Source of the DNA: Entomortierella parvispora E1425
Taxonomy: Eukaryota; Fungi; Mortierellomycota
DNA: 64,000 nt
Direction of reading: 5' to 3'
Assembly: GCA_020891255.1 (NCBI GenBank)
Contig: BQFW01000008.1
Location: 806,001-870,000 of the forward strand
Positions 35,875 through 48,294 of this stretch are shown in pieces. The position numbers were made by a program, and so were the translations under genes. Position 1 is the stretch's first letter, and every line of letters starts with the position of its first letter. The notes beneath the pieces were generated by a model. It made no database searches. It saw nothing but the letters and a program-made list of their open reading frames with translations, and was not told the origin of the DNA.

Positions 35875-36674
35875 CTCTTGCCGCAGAGGAGGTTGGATTG
35901 CTTTCTACATTGGGTGCATTGTATGTACGACAGCACCGCTTCGAGTACGCGTTGTCGTTGTTCGTGAAGGCCCTTCAGTCGACTCAGGAACACCGCCTCC
36001 CCGTCGGAAGCGATTCAACCCCCAAAGTTGTGTCCAAGGAAGAGAAACAAGAGCGGGATATGTGGTACTGTCGGGAAGCGATCTTGATGAACAGCATTGG
36101 CGAGACTCTGTACGGCGCCGCCACTACCTCAGCCGCTACAACCACGCCAGCAAGCACAGTCGACAGCTCGTCCACAGCCTCTGACTCTGCTGATCAGGAA
36201 AAGAAGTCGTCCTCTTGGAAATTCTGGTCTTCGTCATCCTCATCCTCCGATACCAACAGATCAGCAAAGGCTGCTCCTACCCTTTCAGTGGAGCAACAAA
36301 AGAAGGTGGAAGAGGCTCTTGGATGGATCCAAAAGGCGATCGTTATGGCCAAGGAAAAGAGTGGCCAACATCGGGACTGCGATGAATGTGCGGCATTGGG
36401 TCTTTCTACCCTTGGTTTGATTCATGAGGTAAGAGAAAAAAAAAAAAAGACGGCATGGATGAAAATTGATGAAAACTGATCACTAATTCAAAACCGTTTT
36501 TGTTTGTCATTTCAGATGGAAGGCAAGAACGATTTGGCGCTGGAAGAGTTCAAGGGAGCATTGGTCCATGCAACGAAGGCAGATGACTATGTCGGTATGG
36601 AGGATTACAACAGAAACTTGACCCGACTCACAGACCAAATGGCTGCCGCAACTGCACCCATCGCCCAGATTTAG
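34905..36674 (+). CDS. Mitochondrial inner-membrane TPR protein, MGR3-like (i-AAA protease adaptor), ~560 aa, 2 exons
   Basis: Exons 34905-36428 and 36516-36674. Arg/Ser-rich presequence, one TM (TVFALGFFIWAG), TPR-like helices (AEIYYEKALEL, LSTLGALY..ALSLFVKAL, CAALGLSTLGLIHE). MGR3 orthology is inferred from architecture. Confidence 0.7.
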
Positions 36675-37050
36675 ATAATAAAACCTAACCTTCACTTTAT
36701 TGGCTGCTGTGCATTTGATTGTTGTGTGCTACCACGTTCGTGTTTGAAAAAACGCGTGAAGACTCTCAATGGTCCTTCTTCATTCACTGATGCATTCATG
36801 CATTCCTGCTTCAAAATGTGCGTCCAATTCAAACTCTGAACGCGCCATTTGAAGACTGGTCCTGCCTATTAACTTCTGATCCAGTGAAATAGAGTGAAAA
36901 ACACATCCCTTCCAAACCTGCCTCATGTTTTCCAAATCCTGTCGCCTCCGATGGATTTTACTCTTCATCGTCTTCTCTGGCGACTTTCCTTGTCTCTTTG
37001 GACGCAAAAATGATGCCCTGAGCTGGAATATCGTTTCTAAAGGGAAAAAA

Positions 37051-37163
37051 ACGCGATTTTCGGTCATATTGGCTCTAAAATTGGGTAAAAACGCGTGTAA
37101 AAACGCGATTTTCTACTTGTTTCCTAGCAAATATGACATGCTACCTTCATCCAATGTTCGCGT
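37051..37163. promoter_or_regulatory. Cluster of four ACGCG(T/A) MCB-like/CGCG boxes, mostly A/T-tract flanked
   Basis: ACGCGA at 37051, ACGCGT at 37091, ACGCGA at 37103, TCGCGT at 37158. A further ACGCGT lies at 36752. Confidence 0.5.
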
Positions 37164-38276
37164 TTGCTTCTGCCAAGCCTCACCCGAGCCCCGAGTCAGG
37201 TTTTTTTTTTAAACTGCATGGGCAAACAGCTGTATCGACCTGGAAAGGCCTCTCATTGGTTCCTCTTTGACCGCTGTGACCCTCTCCCGAGTCATTTTTG
37301 TATCATATGTTTGTGAAGGAGCCAGTTTTTTCGCAGAGATGCCAGGCATGAAGGGAGGAATGCAAATGAGCAGGATGATTCCTCGCCCCCGATTGCACTC
37401 ATTCCGCCATTCACCACGCATGGCTGCGACCATTCCTCGTCGAGAATCGAAAGAGAGAAGTTGGCTTACAGAGTGCGTCATGGTCGTCATACTCGGGATT
37501 TTTTGCCTTTTTGGGAACGCCGGGAAGACCTTACAGGCCAACATGGGATTTGTCCATGCAAGTGGAAAGGAACAGGGTGTAGAAGGTGGTGGAGGAAGGG
37601 AAGGGAACGGAAGGTGAAGGAAGTAGTTGAGAAAGAAAGGGAAAAGCGTTTGCATGGGATTTATACGACAGCCAAAATTGAACCGGGTCTGTCTCATTTC
37701 GTACAAATACGAGCCCGCGCCCTGTTTCTTTTTTTGCTTCTTCATCCAACTCTTCTCTCTCTTCAGAGCACCCTTCACAAGCAAAAGCTTCCTTCACAAG
37801 CACAAAGCACCACTGCAAGGCCCTTCCTCCTCTGCCTGCCTACTTGCCTGCCATGTCGGTCTTCCACTGCCGTCAAGAACTCAAGGCTCCCTGCCTCGGT
37901 CCTCATTGCCCTCCTCGGTGATCAATCCACTTTCAAGGCCGCCCCTTGCTGCCCCTTGCTTTCAAGACCTCTGGTGCCTTTCATCCTTGGCAACCATGAG
38001 CTGCCTTGTCCCTGGCCTGGCCCTCCTTCTGCGACGACGATTTTTCCTGTCCGTCCGCAAGAACAGCCATCCTCCATTCGGCTTCATTGGCTCCATTTCG
38101 CGTCAAGAACAAGACACTGGCCCGCGCCCGCCACCAAGAATCTTTCGCGACTGCTCTTCTGCGGTTACAAGAAAGGAACAAGGTTCTCTACTTGGTCCCT
38201 CGGGAGGGTCTAGAGCTTCTTTGCTGAAGCACTACCCTCTAGATACCATGGGAGTTCCTGGCGTGCTCAAAGATCC

Positions 38277-38921
38277 CTTCCGGGGGGTCTTGAGCGACTA
38301 CCTGCGCCTCCTTTTGCCGTTGCTGACATGGTTCTGTACCTGGTTCCTCGGCGGGTATTGAGCTTCCTCGTTGAAGAACTACCTACCTGACACCTTGATG
38401 AGTTCCTGGCGTGCTTCACCTGCGCCTTGCTTCTGCCCTCATTCTTGCTCAGGCCTTCCCTCGTCTGCAAGAACAGCTGCCCCCCTCGGGAGGGTCTTGA
38501 GACACAACCTGTGCCTCCTTTTGCCGTTGCTGACATGGTTCTGTACCTGGTTCCTCGGCGGGTATTGAGCTTCCTCGTTGAAGAACTACCTGCCTGACAC
38601 CTTGATGAGTTCCTGGCGTGCTTCACCTGCGCCTTGCTTCTGCCTTCATTCTTGGTCTGGCCTTCCCTCGTCTGCAAGAACAGCTGCCTCCCTCGGGAGG
38701 GTCTAGAGCTTCACCACCCTCTAGATATATGGAGCGACTACCTGTGCCTCCTTTTGCCGTTGCTGACATGGTTCTGTACCTGGTTCCTCGGCGGGTATTG
38801 AGCTTCCTCGTTGAAGAACTGCCTGCCTGATACCTTGATGAGTTCCTGGCGTGCTTCACCTGCGCCTTGCTTCTGCCTTCGTTCGTGGTCTGGCCTTCCC
38901 TCATCTGCAAGAACAGCTGCC
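38277..38921. repeat. Three-copy tandem repeat (periods 207 and 233 bp), highly similar copies, within a decayed mosaic region
   Basis: The anchor GACATGGTTCTGTACCTGGTTCCTCGGCGGGTATTGAGC starts at 38325, 38532 and 38765. Older diverged duplicate: 38057-38164 versus 38907-39019. Confidence 0.92.
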
Positions 38922-39476
38922 TTCCATTCAGCTCATTAGCCTGCCCTCATTCGCGGCCAAGTTCAAGACATTGACCCCGAGCCCCGCCTTCAAGGAATTT
39001 TGCGACTGATCCACAGCGGTCTGCATACAAGGCCTTGGCTCCGTTGGTCCTTCTTCCTTTTCTTTAGTCTAGTAGCATGTGTGGTGTGTGGGGGGCCGTT
39101 TCTGTGGGCGCCAAGGGTATAACGTCTGGTTAGGAGTCAGGGCTCACGCTCTACAGTTACTTCCTTTGATACCTCACCTTGGGCCAAAGCGCAGAGTGGT
39201 GACTAGATAGTTGGGTTGGGTTGGGAACTGGGATCCCCTCTCTCTTTCAAGTCTTCAAATATATTTCATCTTGCAATCGTGGCCAATGTTGCCCTTTGCA
39301 AACAACCAAAAACTTATGAACAAAAACTGATTGAGAACATGCACAAGTGTATGAAGAACATAATGCAAAGTACCACTCCATGCACTTGCGATATCATGCT
39401 TTTTTTTTGTTTGCAGAGGGTATGTTTAGCTTTTATTGAAAGTCAAAAAAAGTCAAGAACTCTTCGAAAGGATGAC

Positions 39477-42400
39477 TTATTCCCAATCATCACCCCAACC
39501 ATCGTCCTCCGCCGTGATTTCTTGTGGTGCAAGCGAAGGTATCGTCTCAATAACCGCTGGTGCTGCAGGAACTGGCTTTGGCGCGAGGGAGGCGATGGTC
39601 GTGGACTTGTTCAGTCCATTCAAACTGCTGGAGCTAGACGCGGTTCTCAAGAGTGGGGAGGCCACCCGTTTAGGAGTTGATGAAGGGCTGGATCGACCAC
39701 TCAGAGATCCTTGGACCGTTGTCGATGATGTATTGGTCGTGGTTGAGGTCGTTGAAGTAGTTGTTTTTGAGAAGGTCGAGGTCTTGAGAGCCGACTTGAA
39801 TCCTAGAGTAGGGCTCGATAAGGGCTTGGATGGGGTCGTTGTTGAACTAGACAAGGTGGCGGAAGAAGAGGCCGAAGAAGAGATCGACGCTGTGGATCCA
39901 GAAAGACCTCCATTGGTATGGCTGCCCGTCACTGGTCCCGCTCCGACATAGGCGGGTGCTTTATAGGATACCTCCAGATCCTTGAACAGCTCTTCCTCGA
40001 CAGGGCCCGCCTGCTTCTGGAGGTCGCCCAGATCCAGATCAGCCTCCATGTCCCAGTCATCCTTTTCTTCGGACGAGTCATCAGGAACTTGGAGAACACT
40101 CTTGTTGGAGGATGGCCTTGATGACAAAGAAGTGGATGAGGCCGAAGGTGTAGGTGTGGGCGACGGGACGGGTGCAATCTTGGCCGCCACGAAGGGTTTG
40201 GTATCTGCGCTGGATGCCTTCCTCTGAAGCTGCTTCTCCGCCAGTTGTTGACGTCTGGCTTCCCGCTTCGCCTGCATCTCCTGCTGCTTTTGGTCACGCT
40301 TCTGACGAAGTTGCTCCTGCTTCTCCGCCTGCGCCTTTTCGCGTTGTTTCCGTGTAGCTTCGTCTTCTTCTGGCTGTAATGGTGCAGAAGGCGATTGATC
40401 CGATGGAGCTAAGAAATAAAATAAAAGAAAAGTCAGAACTTTGTGTCCTCATTGCATGATGTGTGGTTGAAACAAGATCCTTTCTTACTGTTCAAGGTGG
40501 TCAGATCGTCCGCTTCCCAATCATCTCCCTCATCTCCGTTTGTGGAATCCCATCCAAAAGCTGCATTTGATCCAATCGAGCTGGTTGATTTGGTTGTTGA
40601 AGTGCCAAAGACGGGGACACTGGCAGAAGCGTTGGGCTTTCGTGCCGCCGGGACTGTTTCAACTGGTAGTTGGCGCGCCTTCATCTCGGCTTTGGCTGCT
40701 TCAAGGGCCTTCAGGAGCTCCAATTCGGCCGCTCTGTTGGCATCCTCCTCTGATTCATGGTCAGGTTCGTCCAAAAAGGCATCTGTATGACCGCTGCTGA
40801 CCTCGACTGTAGAGGAAACAGAGCCCATATCCGACAAGGTCTCTGCACCACGCTCTCTAGGAATCATCTCAACAGGGGCCTTTTTCTTGGCGTCAAGTTC
40901 AAGGGTCGCAAATGTGTCTCTGCCAGAAGCATCCGTGGTAAAGGATCCCGTCCGAGTCAAAGAAGGAGTAGTAAATGCTGGCGTCTTGAGCGATCCTTGC
41001 TCAGACATCATGAAGGAATCCTGAGAAACCATGGAGGACCGTCTGCTTGACAAGAGATCAGAGCTAGATTGGTTGTGTCCTTTGAGATCGATGCCCCGAG
41101 TCGACAAGCTCCTTTCACTGGCAAACGTCGAGCGAGAAAAGATGGGTCTTCGAGCGGGCAAAAGAGTCTGTTGCTTTTCACAATATTGACGAATGCGAGA
41201 CACATGAGCTGCATGCGCGGTGGAGGGCGAGGAGATAGGGGTTGTGGCGGAGGACGAGGATGAACCAGCATCTTGACCTTGGCTTGCGCTGTGATCCTGT
41301 TCCGTTCCTGGCTCCTGTTGCGCCACAAGTCCGATCGTCAAATGAGCCACTGTCGAGATTGCAGCCGCAGCCGCTTCACGGACCTGAGCATCCTCGTCCA
41401 GCAAAAACTGGGGCAAGAATTTCAAGAGTCCACTGATACAAAACAATCCGTTGGTGCAGTGCTTCGTGAATGATTTCGAGATCAAGTCTACTCGTTCCTG
41501 AACAGGGCATAGTTTGAGTACAGAGACCAAGGTCAAGGTCAGGGTTGCGCTTATGTCCTTGACGGCACCGTGGCTTTGCAATCCCAGCGTGTAGATGGAG
41601 CACCACATGCCCAGGACCACCTCGATTAACTGTGCCTTGGCCTCAAAGTGGTTGTCTTCCGAGATCCAAAAGACCATAATCTGAGGGATCAAGGTCTGCT
41701 CATACAAAGACTTGACAGAGAACTTTAGTTTTGTCAAGTCTGGCTCCAAAGTAGTGACCAAGAGAGCATAGGGAATTGCTGTCGCCAATCCTGAGAGGGA
41801 TGCCAGAAAGATCTTTGGGTCCGCATCCTGAAGTCCAGCCAAAATCTGGATATTTGAAAGACATGAAGAAAAAAATTAAACAAAACTCGCCATGATTGAA
41901 AGAAATCCCTTTCAGCTTCGTCACCACATGACAAAACATACCTCTGGAAGGACAATTTGGCCAAGGACCTCAGATCCTCCTTCACCCATGACGACAGCCT
42001 TCAAGTAAACTTCAAAAAGTCGGAAAAGGGTCATACGAATATCTGCCTGCCTATATGTCCAGAGCTTGATCATAAAAGGATGCACCTGGGATCTGTACAA
42101 CTCCTCAGAGACCAAGGGCTGGGGTGGTTGAGGCGTAAAGAGTGTCCTGTAAAGTTTGTCGAATCCTTCTGCAGCAAAAAATTCTTGGGTAAGCAGTTGA
42201 GGCAGCACAAACTTTTCCATGATTGAGGATGGGAGCATATGCAGCTTCGGCAAAATTGACCTAAGGAAAGAGTCAAGTCTTTATCAGCTCTGGGCAATAG
42301 CTTCCTTCAGGTGAGAGAGGCAGTAATAGGAGCGAGAGTGACAGCTTGTCGCAGGTGAGGATCAGGTTGGACTTACCGGCTCCACTCTGCATTTTGGGAC

Positions 42401-43596
42401 TTGTCGAGCCCCTTCAGTCTGCAATAGCGCACAACAGAAACGGCATTGTTGCGGGTGAAAAGGTTGGATTCGAGAACAACATCTCCTGAAGGTCGTCTCC
42501 TGGGGTCATTGTCGAGCATGCGATCGATTGGCATTGCATTGGGTTTGATATGCAGAAATCCATCCTGAATCAGAGATTCGACTAGCTTTCCATATTGCCA
42601 GATATCCACAGCATGAGGCTGATCCATATCGCCATTGATCTAGAAAGTAGACCATAGTCAGCACCTTTTTTTCTAATTGCCAGTGATAAAAGAAATTCGG
42701 CAGTGCCTAAATTGCTCATCATTACCGAGGATGGCCCTTGGTTTTGATGCTCTGGAGGTACGAGCTCCTTGGACAAAATAGAAGTCAGTCCTGTTTCTTT
42801 TGATTCCGCAACAGTCCCTGTGAATTCCATGCCTCCAAGAACCCATCGCCCATTTGATACAAAAATAGAGCTCAGCTGCACGTTGTTGTGGGACATGTGG
42901 CACTGCGAGTGCAAAAAGTGCAACGCAACCTAAGACATTCAAACCCGAATTCCAAGGTTGTTAGTAAAAAGACAAATGTGGGCGTTCAGCAAAAAATATT
43001 TGTAGGGAACACAGAAGCAGATGGGCACAAGGTGAGGTTGCCCTTCAACGTGTCAACTCGAGCTGCAGTGGGAACTCACCATGATGTCATAAAGTCCCAG
43101 CAGGATTTCATCTTCTGCGATCCCTTCCAAGTAATCAACCGTCAACGGGATCACTCGCTCCGTAATAAGATGAACACCGGCACTTGCGGTCTTGCAATCA
43201 ATAAACCGAAGGACGGAAGGATGGCGGATCGTCTTCAATTTCTGGTTGTTTGTTTTTTTGCAGAAAAAAACCACCGGTGGAAGTAAAGCATTTGATGTTA
43301 GAACTTGGCCAATTGCTTCCTGATAACAGGGTCTTTGCCTTTGAGGACACTCTCGAGGATTTTTTTTTTACCTTGATCGCCTTGGGAAGAAACTCTTGCT
43401 TGTTGTCAACAACGAACTGAGCCGGATCATATGTAAATGCTGATACGGGTCTCTTGCCAAAGAAGGCGTCGCGAAGCGTGTAGACGGGTGTCGTCTGCAG
43501 AACGGTAGAGCCCTGTGGAAAAGTCAGCTTGGACTTTGAGGAACTCTCGGCGGATGCTGCGCCATTGGCCAGAGCTTTGCTTTCGGCGGCTCCCAT
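39477..43596 (-). CDS. SCY1-like pseudokinase with HEAT repeats, most similar to SCYL3/PACE-1, ~1153 aa, 7 exons
   Basis: Exons 43372-43596, 43080-43241, 42726-42929, 42377-42639, 41942-42260, 40489-41845, 39477-40408, phases consistent. Motifs: KLKTIRHPSVLRF, HLITERVIPL, LHFLH..SHNNVQLSSIFVS.GRWVLGGME (no catalytic Asp), HEAT region, myristoylation start MGAAESK. Confidence 0.85.
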
Positions 43597-44904
43597 CGGA
43601 TGCTGAGTTCAGGTAAATATAAGAGATGAAGAATGTCCCCTAAGAGCAGACGAATGAAGGTCGCAGATGGAGGGGATGATGGTTGCAGCCGGGCTCCTGT
43701 TCAAACAACAATCCAGAGAAAGGCGACGGGAACGAGGGTGATGTCGATGGAGCGGACAGGAGGGGAACGGAACCGCAGAAGGGAGTGATGGACAAAGGAA
43801 GAAGGGAATGGATGGATGACACCTGGAGAGGAACAAAGTGGCATGAACTGAATCAAGATAATTATTCTCAGGATACTTTAAATTTTATTCGACAAAACTA
43901 TACTTAGAAACCAAAATCGCCACGTAAAACTGCGCCCAAGGCACAAAAGCAGCAAGAGGCGGGAAAGGCCCGATCTGGGAACCCATTCTAGAAATGAAAG
44001 AGAGACCAAAGGACGAGAGCGCTCAGCTGCCCGCGCAAGATTGCAGACGAGCGCTGCTGAAGATAATTGCAATTTGAGAGGACAGGACTAAGCGGTTCTT
44101 TTCAGTGCCTATCCTCTGTCAAGGACATGTTGTGCCGTGCGTGTGGTTGGCTGTCCCTTCTTTCTTTCCCAGCAGGTGGCAATGGGTTGGGTTGCACTTA
44201 TCCCATGGCCCAACTTGTGTCCAAAGGCGAATCTTCTTTTTGCCCTTCTCTCTTTTGTCCATCCACCCACCCCTTTCCCTCCTTCCTTCTGTACCCTTTG
44301 CTCCTTTACCTGCTCTTTCCTCATCGCCCATTCGCCTCCATTCACATCTGACAAAACCTCGTCTTCGAATCAATTCATCTCAGCATCCCTGCATTTTTTT
44401 TTTTTTTTTTCACTGAGTCTTCTTTGTCCGTTCTGACACTCCTGTTTTTCTCAGGTACCGAACTCTTCTCTGTTCAAGGTGCATCTCCAGGGGACATATT
44501 GTTTGATCTAGTGCCCTGAGATACTGGGAGGTAGTGTTATACCCCGAAACACGCGTCAACATGGACGCGTCGTTAACGGACGAAACTGTCTTGTAGATGG
44601 TGCTCCTTGGTCCCTTTTGGCCTCCTCCTTCCCCACTCCTGGTCTTTTATTTCTGACCTTTCTCAAAAGGAGCACCGGCGCCTTTTAGCCTCCACCCCCG
44701 CTGACTCTCATTCTTTGCTCTTCTTGCCTCCTTTATGACAACGATCACCCCGTCATCGTTCATGCAACCACAGACTTGAACAGTTGTACCTCAAACAAAC
44801 TGCAGCCAAACTCACAAAAACCTCCTTTGTTCTGGTCCTCTTCTTTTTTCATTCCTTCGCTTTTTTCCTTTGTCAAAATCCATTTTAGCACCACTACTCT
44901 GGAC

Positions 44905-47900
44905 ATGTCATCACCCCCCGCTACCACCAACACCGGCGGTCACATGGACCCCACACCACCCTCCGCCATCTTTCAGTCTTATCACGCACAACTTGAAAGT
45001 CTTCAAAAGCTTCCTGTACCATATGGAGAGATATATCATGCCCTCTCGCACAGTGACTCTGCACCACTTCAAACCCTCGATACACAGTACCAGAAAGCAG
45101 CCTCAGATATCACACAATGGCTTGAGGCTGCAGAGATGACCGTATTCGGTCTCGAGATGGACGTGGAACAGGACGGCAACAGCAGTCAACGAGATGTGGG
45201 CAATATTGAAGTAATAATGAATCGATTTCAACCCAATATCGGCATGCTGCTGGAGCTCAGGGACAAAATTTCTCAGCGATTGGACAAAGACGAGGACAAA
45301 ACAATTATCGACAAGGCTCTTGTCGACCAATCGGCCAGTCAAATCCAATCCAGCTGGACCGCACTCAAATCGTTGCTGGACAAAGTCAAGGACCTCCTCT
45401 CCGAAACTCGGACTCGAGGCGATCTGTTGACGCAAATGGAAAACGTGGTCGCCGATATTGAAGAGATTAGTGCCGAAATTGATGCCATCCAGGCTCAAAA
45501 ATCATCGCCCACCGGACAAAGTCTGGATTCGACTGCTTCACGGCTCTTGCAGACACCAACAAGTCCGCCTCTGGTATCTTCAACATCCACTCTCGACACA
45601 ACCACGGCGGCGGCGGCTGCGACAAATGCATCCGGACTAGGTGTATCGGCCAGTTCAGAGAATTTACTGACGACAAACAAGGACAGGAATACGGATTTGC
45701 TGGCTCATGCGGATTCTTGCATTGAGGCCCTGGCGACGAGAATGGAGTTTCTGCGGGTACAGATTGACATCTCGTCATCCAACATTTCAAGTTCGGATCC
45801 CATTCGAGAGCAATATGATCATATTCAACATATGTGGAGCGAAATGAAGGCAAGACGAGACAAGGTCAGTGACGAGATCAAGGAAGCAAGGTGGCTCGCC
45901 GTTTTTGATCAGGTCGCAGGTCAGGTCGAGTCGATGATGGAGTCTACAGAGCGCGCCGTTATTCACTGCAAGGGGCTCGTAGATCAGATCAAGACCATGG
46001 TCCGAGACAAGGTCATCCCTGATGCACCTATCGATCGAGATCATCTCTACACAATCTTCAAGAGCTTTGAAGCCAAACACAAATACTACGCACCGGCCGT
46101 CAACAAGATGCTAAATATGTTGCAAAGCGGAATTGAGAGTCGAATGACCAAGAACACGGATGTGATTGGCAAGCATGCAGCCATGAAACAGCGATGGGAG
46201 CAGCAAAAGCAGGAGCTCGACCGTGTGGAACAGGATTTGGAAGGAATTGAGCGGCTCTTGGACATTTTGGATGCCTCCATCCCCTCGCAAACACCTACTC
46301 CTCCTCCACAGCTGCCCGAGAAACCAATCTTTGCGATGAGGCGATCGCAGACACAGCCTGGATGGAATTCATCAGGTCCTCAATCACAATTTCAGCCACC
46401 CTCTCAAAACCAACAGCAGCGGGGACGACGTCCAGCGGAGGAATCAAGTGCTCGTTCACGGCGGTTACAGTCACCTAACCCACCGCCGTCTACAACAAAC
46501 ACTCGCAGTCGCCCATGGTCGCCTGCTCCGTCTGTGAGCAGTTTACCATCTCTTCTCTCTCCAAACCCATCCAACAATTACCGATCACTTAGCAAAAGTC
46601 CTTCTCGATCGCCTTCCAGAGTCCCCAACTCTGACAAACTTCGACCATGGTGCCCAAGGTAGGTTGAATTGAAGGTGCATGCTTTGCAATGGAACTATCA
46701 TTGGATAATTCTTGACATTTTTTTTTCCTGGGGGGTTCTTTTTTTCTTTCTTTTTTATTTTTTATTTTTGAATAGTACGACCAAAACATCACCGTCGATC
46801 CCCGGTATTCCTTACTCACCTTCTGCTGCATCCACATATACCCCTCGATCGATGTCTGCTTCAGGACAGAGTCGTGCGACCAGTCCTTCACCTTCACCGG
46901 CACAGTCAAGGCCTACATCTTCACTTTCCCGAACTAGAAGTATTTCTTGCACGCCATCGCTCAATCGGACACCCAGTCAGCTTAAACCAGCATTTACTCC
47001 TGCTGGCAGTTTGAGCAAGCTATCGACAGGCGTAGCTCGTTCAAGCTCTCCAACACCTCCTCCTGCTGCGGCCTCGAGTACAAGTTTACGCCGTGCACAG
47101 CTCAAACTGCCACCTCCTGTGGTCATAGATCCTACACGAATGCGTCAAAACTCTGCCCCGGGGACGCCCATGCCTCAATACAGCCGTCGATCCAGCAGTC
47201 CTTTTGGCCGCGATTCTACTTCGTCTTCATCTACCTCTTCGCTCGCAGCCACCACTGCCTCATCTTCCTCATCTTCAGTCCGTACTCCTGTCTTTTCCCC
47301 TCCGGCTGCCCGAACCAGGCAGGCCATTTCACAAAGTAACCAAAGTGCCACTCAATCAAGGTTGCCACCGCAACACCAACAAAATGACACTTTATTGACC
47401 CGCACCCGCCGACCCTCTCTCGGTTACACCTCTTCCAAATCCGTCAGATCTGTAGCGTCCTCTTCCTTGTCCTCTCTGTCCTCTTCCTCCTTGACCTCTA
47501 GAGATCGGGACACGATTGATTCTGCCTATGGTTCAGTCTCGGGCCACCTTTTTCCTTTAGATGGACCGATCAGTCCCACCACCTCGTCTTCCTCTGCTTC
47601 TTCAGTCACATCCGCTCATTCTTCCTTGTCGTCTAGCTCTTCGTCTTTTGGTCGATTGCGCTTGTCACGGTTCCACCAGCTTCAACCCCAAGGCTACTCG
47701 CCGCAGCTTCAGAATCAACAAGAGGACGAGTTACCGGAACTGATGGATGATCTAAGCATTCAGGTACAGGACATGGCCCCTTATGTCCCTGCACGGGAGA
47801 GCGAATTGGATGAAGAGTTTGCCAAGATTATCAATACTCATCCAATCCAGATGAAGGTTTGGCGACTGGGAGAAGGGAAATATTATTTTGGAGGTCGAAT

Positions 47901-48294
47901 GGAGGAAACGCCTGGAGGTAGTTTGACGGCCGTTGGTGGCAAGATGGTCCTTTGTCGGTTAATGGAATATGGTCGATTGGGCGTTGCGAGTCCCCTGTCG
48001 GGTGATTTGATGTCCTCGCCGGTAGATGAGGAAAAGAGAATGCTTCCTCCGATTGGAAGACCCTCAGGACCCCGCTCGCGCTCGTCGTCCGTGGTCTCGA
48101 GACGATCGTCCGTGTCTAGTAACGCCAGTGATCGAGAGGTCCGATCAAGGACTACATCGCTGACAGGCGCATCTGGACGAAGTCGCAAGGTGATGGTTCG
48201 AGTGGGTGGAGGATGGCAAGACCTGGATATCTTCTTGCTGGATCATAGCTCGCTTGCGGACGAAACCGTTGTCCTTCGAGGTCTGCGGGCATGA
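44905..48294 (+). CDS. KAR9-like helical domain plus C-terminal GAS2/GAR microtubule-binding domain protein, ~1090 aa, 2 exons
   Basis: Exons 44905-46658 and 46776-48294. KAR9-like: EARWLAVFDQ..MMESTER..FEAKHKYYAPAV. GAR: LDEEFAKII..RLGEGKYYFG and VMVRVGGGWQDLDIFL. Confidence 0.82.

Noticed and set aside
21121-36674. AFG3 and an MGR3-like gene 11 kb apart as a mitochondrial protease cluster
   Set aside because: They belong to different complexes (m-AAA and i-AAA), five unrelated genes intervene, and mitochondrial genes are common, so chance is a sufficient explanation.
38267-38910. Minus-strand ORFs (136 and 95 aa) across the tandem repeat as a real gene, or the repeat as a CRISPR array
   Set aside because: The frame breaks at the 26-bp insertion and hits a stop in the older copy. 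Units are ~207 bp with no unique spacers, there are no cas genes, and the host is eukaryotic.
39095-39190. Weak inverted repeat or tRNA-like sequence (GCCAAGG..GTAT / ATAC..CCTTGGGCC)
   Set aside because: No cloverleaf, no TTCGA T-loop or B-box, and only a short imperfect stem.
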